NCBI GenBank assembly: GCA_964188305.1
Contig: OZ076895.1
Source of the DNA: Podarcis bocagei
Lineage: Eukaryota
Length of the DNA stretch: 64,000 bases
Direction: 5' to 3' (one strand)
The position numbers were made by a program, and so were the translations under genes. The stretch's first letter is position 1. Every line of letters begins with the position of its first letter. The notes below the pieces were generated by a model. It did no database searches, had not been told where the DNA came from, and saw only the letters and a list, made by a program, of their open reading frames with translations. Of the stretch, positions 37,168 through 49,640 are shown in pieces.

Positions 37168-38984
37168 AATGTGTGTACCATAATGGTTCCCCCAACACTG
37201 GCTTATTTGTTCTTAGCTGTTTCTGTCTGTGGACTTTAGCATTGCTACTGCTTTGACGTGAAGGAGAAAATGTTCACTTCTGTTGACTGTCCTGCTGTAG
37301 AACAATATACATTCTGGTTTATGCCTTCCTGTTGTCTATGCATTTGGTGTGGGGTGGCGGTGCGGAGGGCAGAAATCCCCTTTTCGTATTGCAGTTGTGT
37401 GCCACAGCTCTGGCAGGTTCAGATAATGCATTCTAAATACGTTGTACAAAAATCAGAGAAACTGATAGTATTGTAAGCTTTGTCACACTTGAAGGGGAAG
37501 AGTGGGCTTACAATGCTTACATTTACTTCAAGAACAATGCAGCAAGGAATGTCTTCAAAGACCCATTCCAGGAGTTTCTGGTTTTATCAGGGAATTTGGT
37601 CTCTCCAGTTCACTGCCTAGTAAAAATAGTTCAGATTTAATAAAGCACAGATGTTGACATACACACACACCTTCATCATTGCATGGATGCATTTCATACT
37701 AAATTTCACCTAAGGAATTTTAGACTTTCAAGATAATAATCAAAAACACTTCTTGCTTCTCATTGGGATTATTCCTTTTTTGAGATCACAGATGCCCCCA
37801 ACAAGATCTTTTATGGAACATTTAATTCCAAAAAATAATCATCAATACATGCTACAATGCCTTACCTGCGGTTGTTTTAGCATCTCACTTACTACTTCAG
37901 CTCTTAGGAAAGTATTATTTCATGAACATCTTTCTCTTATTTCTGCTATCAGCAAAAGTAGCCATGTATAATAAAATTAGGATCCCATTTCAATATAATT
38001 AAATATAGTTCCTTGCTGACTACATTCCAGGAATTCTTTTGGGGGGGCATACTGCTCTTTTTAACAAAGGAAGGAGTCTGCTATGTTTAAATTTCAGCCA
38101 ATGCAACACAGTTTCCCTGCTTTACTTGCAATTCCACATCAGAGTGGGGAATTTCTCATCCAGTTCAGCAAGACTTACATCTGAATCCTAAACACACTTA
38201 GGTAGAAGTAAGTATTCTTAGGACTGTATCTGCAAATGGCAAACCTAAGAATGCTTAGCAGAATGTCAGCTCCATCTCTGAACTCAGATTTTTAGGACTG
38301 GACTATAAAGGGCAGACTGCTGTACAGGAGAAAACCTTTTGCTTTCTCCCAGGTTCAGTCTCTGGCCTGGGGAGCTGGGGACTGAGGAATCTGTCAATTT
38401 CTGTTGGTTCTCCATGTTTCTGCAGCAATTTGCAAACTTCTTTTTTTTTAAAAAAAAAAAATCCTTATAAAAACTGTCAGCATTTTAGTGATGATTTCTC
38501 CTAAAATACATGTTTTATATGCAGTTTTGACTAATAGGCACATTTTGTAAGCAATTCTCCCTAATATAATGCAGTTTTGCATGTCATATTCACTAGCATA
38601 TGTATTTTAGTGAATACTTTTTACACCAATATATGCATTTTTGTTCATATTAGAGCAAATTCTGAAGGATATTGTTTTGGTAAATGCAAATTTGTCAAAT
38701 CACTTTTAAATGCTGACTAATGTCTCCGCCATTCCTATCTCCAGATATGCTTGGGAATGTTCTGACTTGAAATCTTGGAGAACCGCTTCCAGTCCCTATA
38801 GACAATATTGGGCTAGAAGAACCAACGGTCTGACAAAACACCTTGATGTGTTAAGGACTCCATTTTGTTAAATCAGAGAAACTGGTCTGGAAAGCTCCGG
38901 TAAACCATGCTTGCTCAAGAGTCAGAGACTTTTTCAGGGCAGAAGGCATTAAAGGTGTACGACATCAATCCCTATGACTGGTAA

Positions 38985-39173
38985 TGGTGGCGGAGCTTCA
39001 TGCTCCGGCACCGGGGGGGGGGGGTCGGAGAGCAGGCGGGGGCGGGGGCGGGGCTGGTGTGTGCCCTGGGGGTGTGGCGCCCAGCTCAGGGGGGTCAGCC
39101 GTGATGGCACCCCACCGGGATCATGCTGCGGGGGGCGGTGCGCTCCCCCCTCACTTCTCTTCCTCTGCCAGTG
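38985..39173. mobile_element. GC-rich hAT-type MITE
   Basis: Imperfect TIR tggtggcggag...ctctgccagtg. 8-bp TSD actggtaa/actggtag (7/8 match). Confidence 0.75.
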
Positions 39174-39525
39174 ACTGGTAGGCAACAGGAAGCCTGTGGG
39201 TTGGCCTGCCTGGTATAGATCTTTGTACCAGTGATCTCCAGCTTCCAGTTCATTGGGACCCTAAATTGTGTGTTTAAAATACACGAGTGGACACCCTATT
39301 TGAATCAGTTCATGGGCAGAGGCTAAGACTGGTCTGAGACACTACCCCACTTGCATCAGGCTTCTGTACTACAGGCTCAGGCCGTAAGAACATGATACTT
39401 TTAAGATCTATAAAACCCTATTCAGGAATCATCTTTCCTGGAGAATGGTCCTGAAGAGGACTTGGGAGGTGCTAGGCCAGGTTCCCATTATTGCTTCTAG
39501 CATCACCTGCAGGAAAGCCCATTTG

Positions 39526-39897
39526 TGCCAACATTTCTCTAATGAAAATACAGATGCCCTATTCAATAATCATAATCATAATATATTTACAACCCACCCA
39601 TCTGACTGGGTTGCCACAGCCATTCTGGGCAGCTTCCAACATATATAAAAACATAATAAAATATGAAACATTTTAAAACTTCCCTATACAGGGATGCCTT
39701 CAGATGTCTTCTAAAGGTTGTATAGTTGCTTATCTCCTTGGCTCAGGGATTGCATAACTCCACACCCTCCAACATTTGTCCGATGAAAATAGGGATGCCC
39801 TAAGGAAAAGTGGGACATTCCGGGATCAAATCAGAAACCAGGACAGCTTTGTGAATCTGAGACTGTCCCTGGAAAATAAGGACAATTGGAGGGTTTG
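39526..39897. mobile_element. Second copy of the composite hAT-like/L2-tail element
   Basis: Colinear with 29846-30434 apart from the Tigger insertion. Confidence 0.7.
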
Positions 39898-40169
39898 AAC
39901 ATTCTGTTTGGCAGCTGGTCCTCAAAGGGGGAGAGGTATTTTGCGCAATGGCCATCAATTGCAGTGTAATAAACACTGTGTGAAATTCTTCTAAACTCAA
40001 AGTGAAACTGAAGCTAATAACGAGAAAGCAGTTTACAATGTGCTTTCCTTCTAAGAAAAATAAGAAGAGTTTTGTTTTTAAAAAGTCAGATCCCTTTGTT
40101 TTGCTCTCCAAGGAAAACCCCATCTCTCATCCCATAGTGGCCCCTGCTTTGGAACGAAGCTTGCGCTAG

Positions 40170-40720
40170 CTTCTCTTTGATCGTGCTCTATGTGTACAAG
40201 ATGATCCCGCCAATCTGTCACTTGTGTCTTTAAAACACTGGGTGTAATAAATAAGTGCCACGCAAGCTGCCAGCCAAATGGCATGGGGGGCACATTAAGA
40301 TGATTAAGAGAAAGCGGGGTGTCAGTCCAACTATAATAAAGCCAGTATCAGTTCAGTCTGCTGTAATTTAAAACAGCTGCCTGCTGGCCATGGGTTGTGG
40401 TAGAGCAGGCCAAATTCTTGGACACTGAGTTATTCTTAGAAGAATGCACACAGGCATTGGCAAGCTTTGTTGAGCGCTGCCTGCTGCCAGCGCCCTGTCA
40501 AAAGCGTGTGCCAATGGACCTCAGAACTATTGTTCAAGTTTATGAAAAATATATAACTTTTTTAAATAAAAAAATGTCAAATTACCCAAAGGCCACGGAG
40601 ATGTAATAGCCAGCATGCTTGAAAATTGGCTTCGCAGCAGCAAATAGTAATGTTGACAATACTGCCATTTAATGAAGACAAAGGATGTCATTCACTTCAT
40701 TCAGCACTGCTTATACCGTC
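40170..40720. promoter_or_regulatory. Candidate conserved non-coding enhancer
   Basis: Repeat-free, CpG-retaining block with multiple TGTCA/TGACA (TALE-type), CTTTGTT/CTATTGTT (SOX-type) and TAAT motifs. Conservation not tested. Confidence 0.45.
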
Positions 40721-41808
40721 ACATTAAACATGGTGGGAAATTTCTCTAAGCAGACTAGGGTGTTGGCTAGATGGCTCAGTGTCAGGAGATGCTGGATCTG
40801 CATGCAGCTCCCCATGTGGTAACAGAGATGGCTGAAGAAGTTTGGCGCCATATTGGATTGATCTAGCATAGAATACTGCTGTGGTTTACTTCCAATTGGA
40901 CTTGTCAAACTCAAAGCAGGACGTTGTGATTATAATGTAGGTGCTGTTCCAGAGACAAAGGACTTTTTAGTACAGGCTAAAGGCAGGCCTAACCTTACCA
41001 TGAGTTGACCAGAAACCATTTGGTTTGGCCACAGGTTCCAGTGGGGCCATCGTTTTCTAGCCCCCATTCTCCTTCTCTGCATGTTATTAAAAATGAATCC
41101 TAGTCCAGAACAGGGAAGTGTTCTTTAGACATTTGGCTTCAGGTGTCAAAATGCCTGAGGCTTTTTCTCTCTTTTATTTACATCTCATCATGTTTAGTGC
41201 ACATATAATTGTGTACTTTTTGTACTTTCAATAAAGATGTCTGGGGAGAAAGGGGGGAAAGATAATATTTGTGATTGGGTTTTGCAGTTCTATACAGCAG
41301 TCTAAGACTACACTAAAGTGCGGGATGGACATGATAGAAATGTATAAAATTATGCAGGAAGAAAGTAGATATGGAGAAGTTTTTCTCCTTACCTCATAAT
41401 ACTAGATCCCGGAGGGATCCAATGAAGTTGGACAGACAAAAGAAAGAACTTTTCCACACAGCACATAGCTAAAACAATGGACTAGGCTCCTACAAGATAT
41501 AGTCACCAGCTTGGATATCTTAAGAAGAGGATTAAACCTATTCATGGAGGATAAATCCATCAATAGTCACAAGAGCTATGTTCTCCTTCCATTGCAGATA
41601 GGGAGAGTGCTGTTGTCACATGTCCTGTTTGTGGACTTCACACAGGCATCTGTTAGGCCACTGTGAGAACAGGATGCTGAACTACATGGGTCATTGGCCG
41701 GATCCAGCCAATCTTACGTTCTTGTAAGATGCAATTCAATGTTGGCCTGAGATGTGTGCAAAATAACCAAGAATCCTGTAATGCGTTTTTTGCATTCACT
41801 AGGCCTTC

Positions 41809-42163
41809 AGGCACGGGTGGCGCTGTGGGTTAAACCACAGAGCCTAGGACTTGCCGATCAGAAGGTTGGTGGTTCGAATCCCCGCAACGGGGTGATCTCC
41901 CGTTGCTCAGTCCCTGCTCCTGCCAACCTAGCAGTTCGAAAGCACATCAAAGTGCAAGTAGATAAATAGGTACCACTCTGGCGGGAAGGTAAACGGCGTT
42001 TCCGTGTCCTGCTCTGGTTCTCCAGAAGTTGCTTAGTCATGCTGGCTGCATGACCCGGAAGCTGTACGCCGGCTCCCTCGGCCAATAAACCAAGATGAGT
42101 GACGCAACCCCAGAGTCGGCCACGACTGGACCTAATGGTCAGGGGTCCCTTTACCTTTACCTT
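41809..42163 (+). mobile_element. Sauria SINE, full length
   Basis: Consensus body. TSD taggccttc at 41800-41808 and 42164-42172. Confidence 0.95.
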
Positions 42164-44811
42164 TAGGCCTTCCGGCTGGCCAGTTGGTTAAAGCCCACAG
42201 ACCCAGGGAACCCTGGTCCAATTCCTGAAGTAAACAGGATTGTATAGACGTTTTTTAAAAAACCCTGATAAATATGAAAAAGTAATTTTCATAGAAATTT
42301 AACTTTAGGGGGGAGAAATAGTCTGCCCTCTTACTTAAGCGGGTTCATTTTCATATGTTCCCGCTGTCACCTGTGGAAACCCAGCTGCTGCTCGTCATGC
42401 ATTGCAACATCAGCTCTGGGTGTGAGCCCAGTCTGGCGAGGGATTTGGCTCCATCCCTCTCTCACCTGTGGTGGTGCTACTGACCATGCCCGGCAGCACT
42501 TAAACGCCTCAGTTAAGCCAGTGCTAGCTTTGTGAGTGTTACTGTGTTTCTGCAATTACATCTGGCCGCCATATTTCCCCTCAGTCTTGTCATCTCTGAG
42601 TAATTCTAAACAACGCCGGTTACTACACTTTTCTTCTGTCACATCACAGTTTTTGTTAAATCGCTGGTTTCCCCTTAGATCTTTTTTCTCTCACACTTCC
42701 ATCCCCTCCCAACGGTGTTTTCACTTGGTTCCTTTGGCTTTCATTTTGCCTCTCTCAGCCTTCCCACCTCACAACTTTTGCTTTTCACCATGTTTCCTTA
42801 AAATAAAAACCACTGTTTTCTTAGCTGTTTTTAACAATAATATCAGTCCTCTTGGTCTTTTTAACTGCTTCTAGTAAAATCATAAAACATGTTGAACTCT
42901 TTATTTTCCCCTGTTTAATTTTTCTTTCAAAATGTTCTTTCTTTTATTTGCTAATCCCCCCCCCCCTTTTCACCAAGGCCTGTAGTCTGGACCCTTAGCA
43001 ACACTTTGTGCCACTTCTATAGCTCTTTCGTAGCTAGAAAGCTTTTCTTGATTTTAAATGTGTACTGATCTTCCTGCAGTTAAACTATAGCTCACCTCTA
43101 AAAATATTAGCTTGCAACAAAAAATCAATAGAAACATTGAATCATCACAACACAATGATAAAAACAAAGCACAACATGATCTTTTAGAAAAAGAAGCAAC
43201 AGGGAAAATAAAACCAGCTAGCAATTTCCCCAAATATAATGCACTCTTGTATTCTACTTGCACTACTATATTCATATTTAGGCACGTATGAATTTTTGTA
43301 AACATTGAATGTTTGGAGAACATCACAATATTCAGAGAAGGGCGAGTTTAAAAGGCTAATAGTATTTTGGTTTGCATATTATTTAGGGAAGTGCAGATCT
43401 GGAAGTTTGGGCTTTAAATGGGAACTGAGTTGAATTACCCCCTATCCCTAGTCAGGGCAATTATGACTCCCATCCCCATCCCCTTGGCTAGATAGATACA
43501 CAGTTGGGGAACACCCTGCTTTCATAGCTAGGACCCATAGGTGACTGTCGAGTTCTGAATCCTGAAAATATTAACAGTTAAATGAGACCAGGATATATAT
43601 GAGACTTTAATCCCTTTAAACTAAAGGCTACATTTTATTCCTGCATTCTGTCCCGGCCTGATCTCTAGTCTCTGTGCAACCAATGAATTCATCTGTCAGA
43701 TATAATCACGGTATCTGCCTGCCAAGTTTGCTTAGCAATCAGCTTTATGGAGTTGAGGGAAAACTGACTGCAAACCCACAGGAAAACTCTTTTTCCTGTC
43801 TCTCCAAGAGGTTAACTCCAATTGAGAGGGCAACACCCTTATCCTGACACAGCTAGGATCTTGGCCCCTGGTGACATGCGCCACTATTTAGTTTGTTAAG
43901 TGAAAACAGTTCGGAAAAAGCTGGGTTGAAACTGCGGTTCACCCACGCCAGTGAAAAGACTGACTCTGGACAGAGTCTTCCCTTAACTGTATCAGGTCGA
44001 GATACCATTTAGTGACGTTGTCAGCAGTTTTTCAACATGAACCTTTAATAAGCATGTTGGTGAACCAAGCTTTGTACAGATATCTCAAGAGCCCCTTCAC
44101 TGAACCTCTGGGGGGGGGGTATCAAGACTTAATCATGGTCTGTCTCCTGGATGCTTAAAGGTTGGTTGCAAATAAGCCATTTCCCCCTCCCTCTCACCCC
44201 TTTCCATCTGACTAAATGGACCAGAGAGAGATGTCAAGCAGTTTTCTTGAACAGAAGGCAAACTATTCATCAGCTTGTCATTAATAGTAACTGCCCAAGC
44301 CACTTTGGCGAGCATACATTTATTATACTCCATTACGTGTCTTTATGGCTGGCTAAACTTCGTGGCCAAGCAGTGGATATTTGAACTCTGAAAGGAAGCT
44401 CCTAAATCAACGAGAGCCTTCGTAAACTTAACTCCAGCTGCCCCCCTTCTCCGAGGCTTGCTATGTGCTGCTGTCACAAAGACCCTTTCTGAGCATGTGC
44501 TCAACTATTTATTTTCCTAGCCTATGCAGCTCATCTTTTTAATGAGTTCACATGGTAGAATACATGGTTTTTATATGTTATCAAGGGACTGAGTTAAATA
44601 AGCAATACTGAGCATGTAGACTCATAAGTAATTCCAGGGAACGCAATGGCTCTGATATCCTAGTGCATATACAGTATTTAGGATTCCATTTTTAAGGATG
44701 CAAGCTTATGCCTGGCTACTGGGAAGCAAGCCCTATTGGTTTCAGTCAGACGATACTCCAGGGGTAATATATAGGATTGCTGCCCATGTCACTTCAATTT
44801 CAACAAGGGTA

Positions 44812-45040
44812 CAGTCATACCTTGGGTTAAAGATGCTTCAGGTTAAATCTTTTCAGGTTGCGTCCCACAGCGACCCGGAAGTACCAGAAAGGATTACTTC
44901 TGGGTTTCGCCGCTCGCGCATGTGCAGACGCTCAACATGACGTCACGTGCACATGCAGACACTCAGAGGCGGGTTGCGTTCTGCTCATGTTGTGAATGGG
45001 GCTCCGGAACGGATCCCGTTCACAACCAGAGGTACCACTG
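44812..45040. mobile_element. Tigger/pogo-like MITE
   Basis: cagtcataccttgggtt...aaccagaggtaccactg with TA TSD. The empty site (aaggg-ta-ttttcc) is visible in the duplicate at about 45575-45587. Confidence 0.92.
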
Positions 45041-45115
45041 TACTTTCCACTGGGTTTCATATTAAAACGTCATTAGATCTTTAACATACTCATATTGACC
45101 AGTTATGCATATGCA

Positions 45116-45496
45116 TATGGTGTTTGCACAGAGCCCCCAGCTGTTCCACAGACTATTGACCCAGCACCAACCAGGTTTCCCTGGTGATGTATTCAGACTC
45201 AGTCAGGTTGTAATGTATTAACAAAGATTCCAGTTTATTGTGAACGCAAACAAGTTTTAAAGACTTTGAAACACTGTAATCCGATTCACCCTCCCTGTCT
45301 CCCCTCTGTCTCTAACTCACTCTGACTCCTATGCCTCCCACCCACAAGATAACAACCAAACTAACTGCCAAAACCCCTGTGTTGAGCCTTAAACACAGTT
45401 AGGCTCCACCCCTGGGCTTTCTTATTGGTCAGCCTATTAACCCTTTCTCTCTCTCCCCCAGTACAACATATCCATAATGAGTGGGCAAATGCCACA
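45116..45496 (-). mobile_element. Solo LTR (gypsy-like)
   Basis: Imperfect inverted ends tatggtgtttgc...gcaaatgccaca. On the minus strand: CCAAT, gggtggag box and AATAAA (tttatt on +). Same layout as 59852-60362. Confidence 0.7.
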
Positions 45497-48181
45497 CAAG
45501 CCCTATTGACTTCAGTCGGACGGTACTCCAGGGGTGATATATAGGATTGCTGCCCGTGTCACTTCGATTTCAACAAGGGTATTTTCCACTGGGTTTCATA
45601 TTAAAACGTCATTAGATCTTCAACATACTCATACTGACCGGTTATGCATATGCTTTGAAACTGAATGGGCTAAAAATGGTCAATAAATAAATGCTAGGAT
45701 AAGTTGCAATATATAAATATAAATAAAGTATGGATGATATTGAAGTTAATGCAGGAGGCAGTAAAACATGCCTCGGGAAGCTTTTAATACCTGATATTTT
45801 GTTGTATTTTTACATTCTGTTAGAAGCCATCCAGAGTGGGTAGGTCAACCCAATCAGATGGGAGAGGTACAAATAAATTATTATTATTATTAAATCATTT
45901 GACAATGGCATTTCCTAGATTTTTGCAGTTCTGTTGACTTGCTTGGTTCTTATTGGCCTCGACTAAACACTGAATGGCGGTGGGGGCTGGTGGGGGGAAT
46001 CACCAAATACTTTCTTATTAACCTTCCTGCCTTGCCTTATATAAACAGCAGAAAGGAAAATGCCCTAGGTGCGAGGGGAGGGGGGCATCATAGTGATTAA
46101 CTGTGGAATATCTTGTGAGTGTCCTTGAAAGCATACTAACTGGGGTTCTGTATAATTTTTGACAGCATTTATAAAGCAAACTATTTATTTGCTGAGGAAA
46201 GCCAGGCTCACTTTGTCCTTGACAAACAGTCTGCAAGGAGGTAAAAGATTGAGGAATGTTACACCAGCTGGCAAAAAAAGAGAGAGGAAAAAGATACATA
46301 AGGAGTAGTTTTTAGATGACTGGACCATAGTTGTGTGGGACCACTTATCTTTTGATTTATTTGTTTATGTATCACATTTAAATCCTACCTCCTCCCCCCC
46401 CACAGCCCCCAGGAACTCAAGGTGGTGTACATGGCTTCCTGTCCCTTCCCAGTGAATCTCCACAAGGTCAGCCAATGAGCTTCATGGGGATTTGAATCTC
46501 ACACTCTGGCCACCACATCTCACTGTCTCTCTTCAAAATGTGCAGCATTAGAAGTAAAGGAGGCTGGACATTTACCTGTCGCTATTTGCCACTAATCAAA
46601 CAGTCTGAGCATGACCAACCTCTTTCAGGAGGTCTGTAGGAGCAGTAGGGGGTGGTCCATTGGGGTGAGTGGGGTACTGCCCCACCAACTTTCAGTGTGC
46701 CCTCAATCAGCCGCCACCTGCCTGCCATCTTCCTTACAAGTGGTCCAGGAGGTGGCAATGCTTGCCAGCTTCCTCCTTATAGAACGAAGCAGGGAAGAGG
46801 ATGGGGACAGAACTGCCTGTCATTGGCTCTGGCTCCACCTACCGCTGCTCTCCCTAGCAGTCCCAAAGAGCACCAGCTACCACTATACAGAAGAAACAAC
46901 CAGCCTCCATGTGGCTTTGTTCTCACTGATGATCTACTGCAGGGACTGAACTTGCTATTTCAAATTTCAGTGATGTCCTGTGTGAGACCAAAATTTGGCA
47001 CCTCTCAGCTTCCATTCTGCTCCATTCACTACATCATAGCTGCAACGACCTGTGGCGCCCCCTAGGCACAGCACCCAGTGTGGCGGAATTGCACCTCCTT
47101 TGCGCATCGCATCATGGAGCTGCCATAATATTAAGATACCCTTCTACCACAGCGAAGTGGGTGGAGACTACAAAAACGGTCTTTTCAATGGTGGCTTCCC
47201 ATCTGTGGAACTTTCTCCCCAGATAATCTTACCTTACATCAACCCTTATGTAAATATCTTTTGCTGAATTATGGCACATACTACTGCATGTTTCCCTGAT
47301 GTGTTGTTTTTGTTTGTGTGGAATACTACCATATTTATTTATTTTTTAAAGCAGAAATAAACACAGACCAAATGTGTAGTCCAGCAGTAGCCAATATGGT
47401 GCCTTCCTGATATTGTTGGACTACAGTCTTCATCATGCCTGAACATTGCCCATGATGGCTGGGGTTGATGGGTGTTGGAGTTCATCAACAACTGGAAGGG
47501 CACCATGTTGGCCAAAGTGGTAGAAATCTGGGTGTGAACACACTGGGTGATTGCCTTTCTGCAAAGTGCCTCTTTGAAAAATTGCTGTTCCACCCAACAT
47601 TCTTTCCTTTCTCCAATACAATGTGGGATTACTACTGGACTCCAAATCCCATCAGCCCCAGCTCAGGTTCAGAGGGCATTGCCATCCTCATGTTATCAGC
47701 CTTGTTCTCCCAATGATTGCGCCATGTTTTCTCCTGCCTCAGAAAATCTACTGTAAACAAACAGAATGGAACAGGATCAGAAACTACACAGGTGTGAATG
47801 TTCCTTTTTTGGCATTTTCCCTTTCCTGTTTCTAAGGCCCCTGCTGCTGGTCTCTACCTGATTAATTGCTTCCTTTTTCCATCACTGCTAATCTGATTGG
47901 CCCCCTAATTCAAAAGTTCTCATTGCCTGGTGTGTGCGTTTAATTACTCTGGCTGCAAAGAGGGAAAGAACTGCAGTTTCTCAGGACGGGCAGAATGCTA
48001 CCCTTTTTCCACACAAAGAATGCACAGTTAGAGGGAAAGCCACTCTTCATAAACTCCTTTGCTGTCTAATACTTGGAAAAGGTAACAACTTCCAGAAACA
48101 ATTAAGCAACAGTTGGGAGGAAATAGAGGTGATTCGTGCCCAAAGCATTAGCAGAAATTACATTTTTTAAAGATCAGCCAA

Positions 48182-49640
48182 TGTACCCTGGTGTATGTAC
48201 CCAGTAGTGATGTGTGGAAGTGAGAGCTGGACCATAAAGAAGGCTGATCACGGAAGAATTGATGTTTTTGAATTATGGTGCTCTTGAGAGTCCCATCTCC
48301 TTCATGGATCACTGCCTTGCTGTGGCGAAGGGGCTTGAATAACTCAGAGAAGCTATGAACTATGCCGTGCAGGGCCACCCAAGATGGACAGGTCATAGTG
48401 GACAGTTTTGACCAAACGTGATCCACCTGGAGGAGGAACCGGCAAGCCACTCCAGTATCCCTGCCAAGAAAACTCCATGGACAAAGACAACAGGCATATG
48501 AAAGTTATGACGCTGGAAGATGAGCCCCTCAGGTCGGAAGGCGTCCAACATGCTACTGAGGAAGAGCGGAGGACAAGTACAAGTAGATCCAGAGCTGATG
48601 AAGCAGCTGGGCCAAAGCCGAAAGGACGCTCAGTTGCGGATATGCCTGGAAGCGAAAGGAAAGTCCAATGCTGTAAAGAAAAATATTGCATAGGAACCTG
48701 GAATGTAAGAACCATGAACCTGGGTAAGTTGGATGTGGTCAAAAGTGAGATGGCAAGAATAAATATTGACATCCTGGGCATCAGTAAACTAAAATGGATG
48801 GGAATGGGCGAATTCAGCTCGGATGACCATCACATCTACTACTGTGGGCAAGAATCCCGTAAAAGAAATGGAGTGGCCCTCATAGTCAACAAAAGAGTGC
48901 CAAAAGCTGTACTGGGATGCAATCTCTAGAGTGATCTCGATACTAATCCAAGGCAGACCTTTTAACATCACAGTAATCCAAGTTTATGCACCAACTACTG
49001 GTGCTGAAGAAACTGAAATTGACCAATTCTATGAAGACTTACAACACCTTATAGAAATGACACCAAAGAAGGATGTTCTTCTCATTATAGGGGATTGGAA
49101 TGCTAAAGTAGGGAGTCAAGAGATAAAAGGAACAACTGGCAAGTTTGGCCTTGGAGTTCAAAACGAAGCAGGGCAAAGGCTAATAGAGTTCTGCCAAGAG
49201 AACAAGCTGGTCATCACAAACACTCTTTTCCAACAACACAAGAGACAACTCTACACATGGACATCACCAGATTGGCAGCATCGAAATCAGATTGATTATA
49301 TTCTCTGCAGCCAAAGATGGAGAAGCTCTATACAGTCAGCAAAAACAAGACCTGGAGCTGACTGTGGCTCAGATCATCAGCTTCTTATAGCAAAATTCAA
49401 GCTTAAACTGAAGAAAGTAGGAAAAACCACTGGGCCGGTAAGATACAATCTAAGTCAAATCCCTTATGAATACACAGTGGAAGTGAGGAACAGGTTTAAG
49501 GATTTAGATTTGGTGGACAGAGTGCCTGAATAACTATGTATGGAGGCTCGTAACATTATACAGGAGGCAGCAACTAAAACCATCCCAATGAAAAGGAAAT
49601 GAAAGAAAGCAAAGTGGCTGTCCAACGAGGCCTCACAAAT
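48182..49640 (+). mobile_element. RTE-BovB LINE fragment (5' region plus AP-endonuclease domain; RT missing)
   Basis: ORFs 48408-48929 and 48931-49533 contain IGTWNVRTMN, IQVYAPT, IIGDWNAKVG, YTWTSPD...NQIDYIL and GADCGSDHQLL. Disrupted by a frameshift near 48929 and a stop at 49531. Confidence 0.93.
48408..49533 (+). pseudogene. Disrupted BovB ORF (APE-type endonuclease)
   Basis: Two consecutive ORFs in different frames that join into one endonuclease domain. Confidence 0.88.

Larger units (their letters stand above)
44727..45653. repeat. 157-bp direct duplication bracketing a solo LTR
   Basis: Copy 1 is 44727-44811 plus 45043-45114 (split by a MITE); copy 2 is 45497-45653. Confidence 0.9.

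Noticed and set aside
39010-39060. G-quadruplex / Sp1 cluster as a host promoter
   Set aside because: Internal to a TSD-flanked hAT MITE, with no adjacent gene start.
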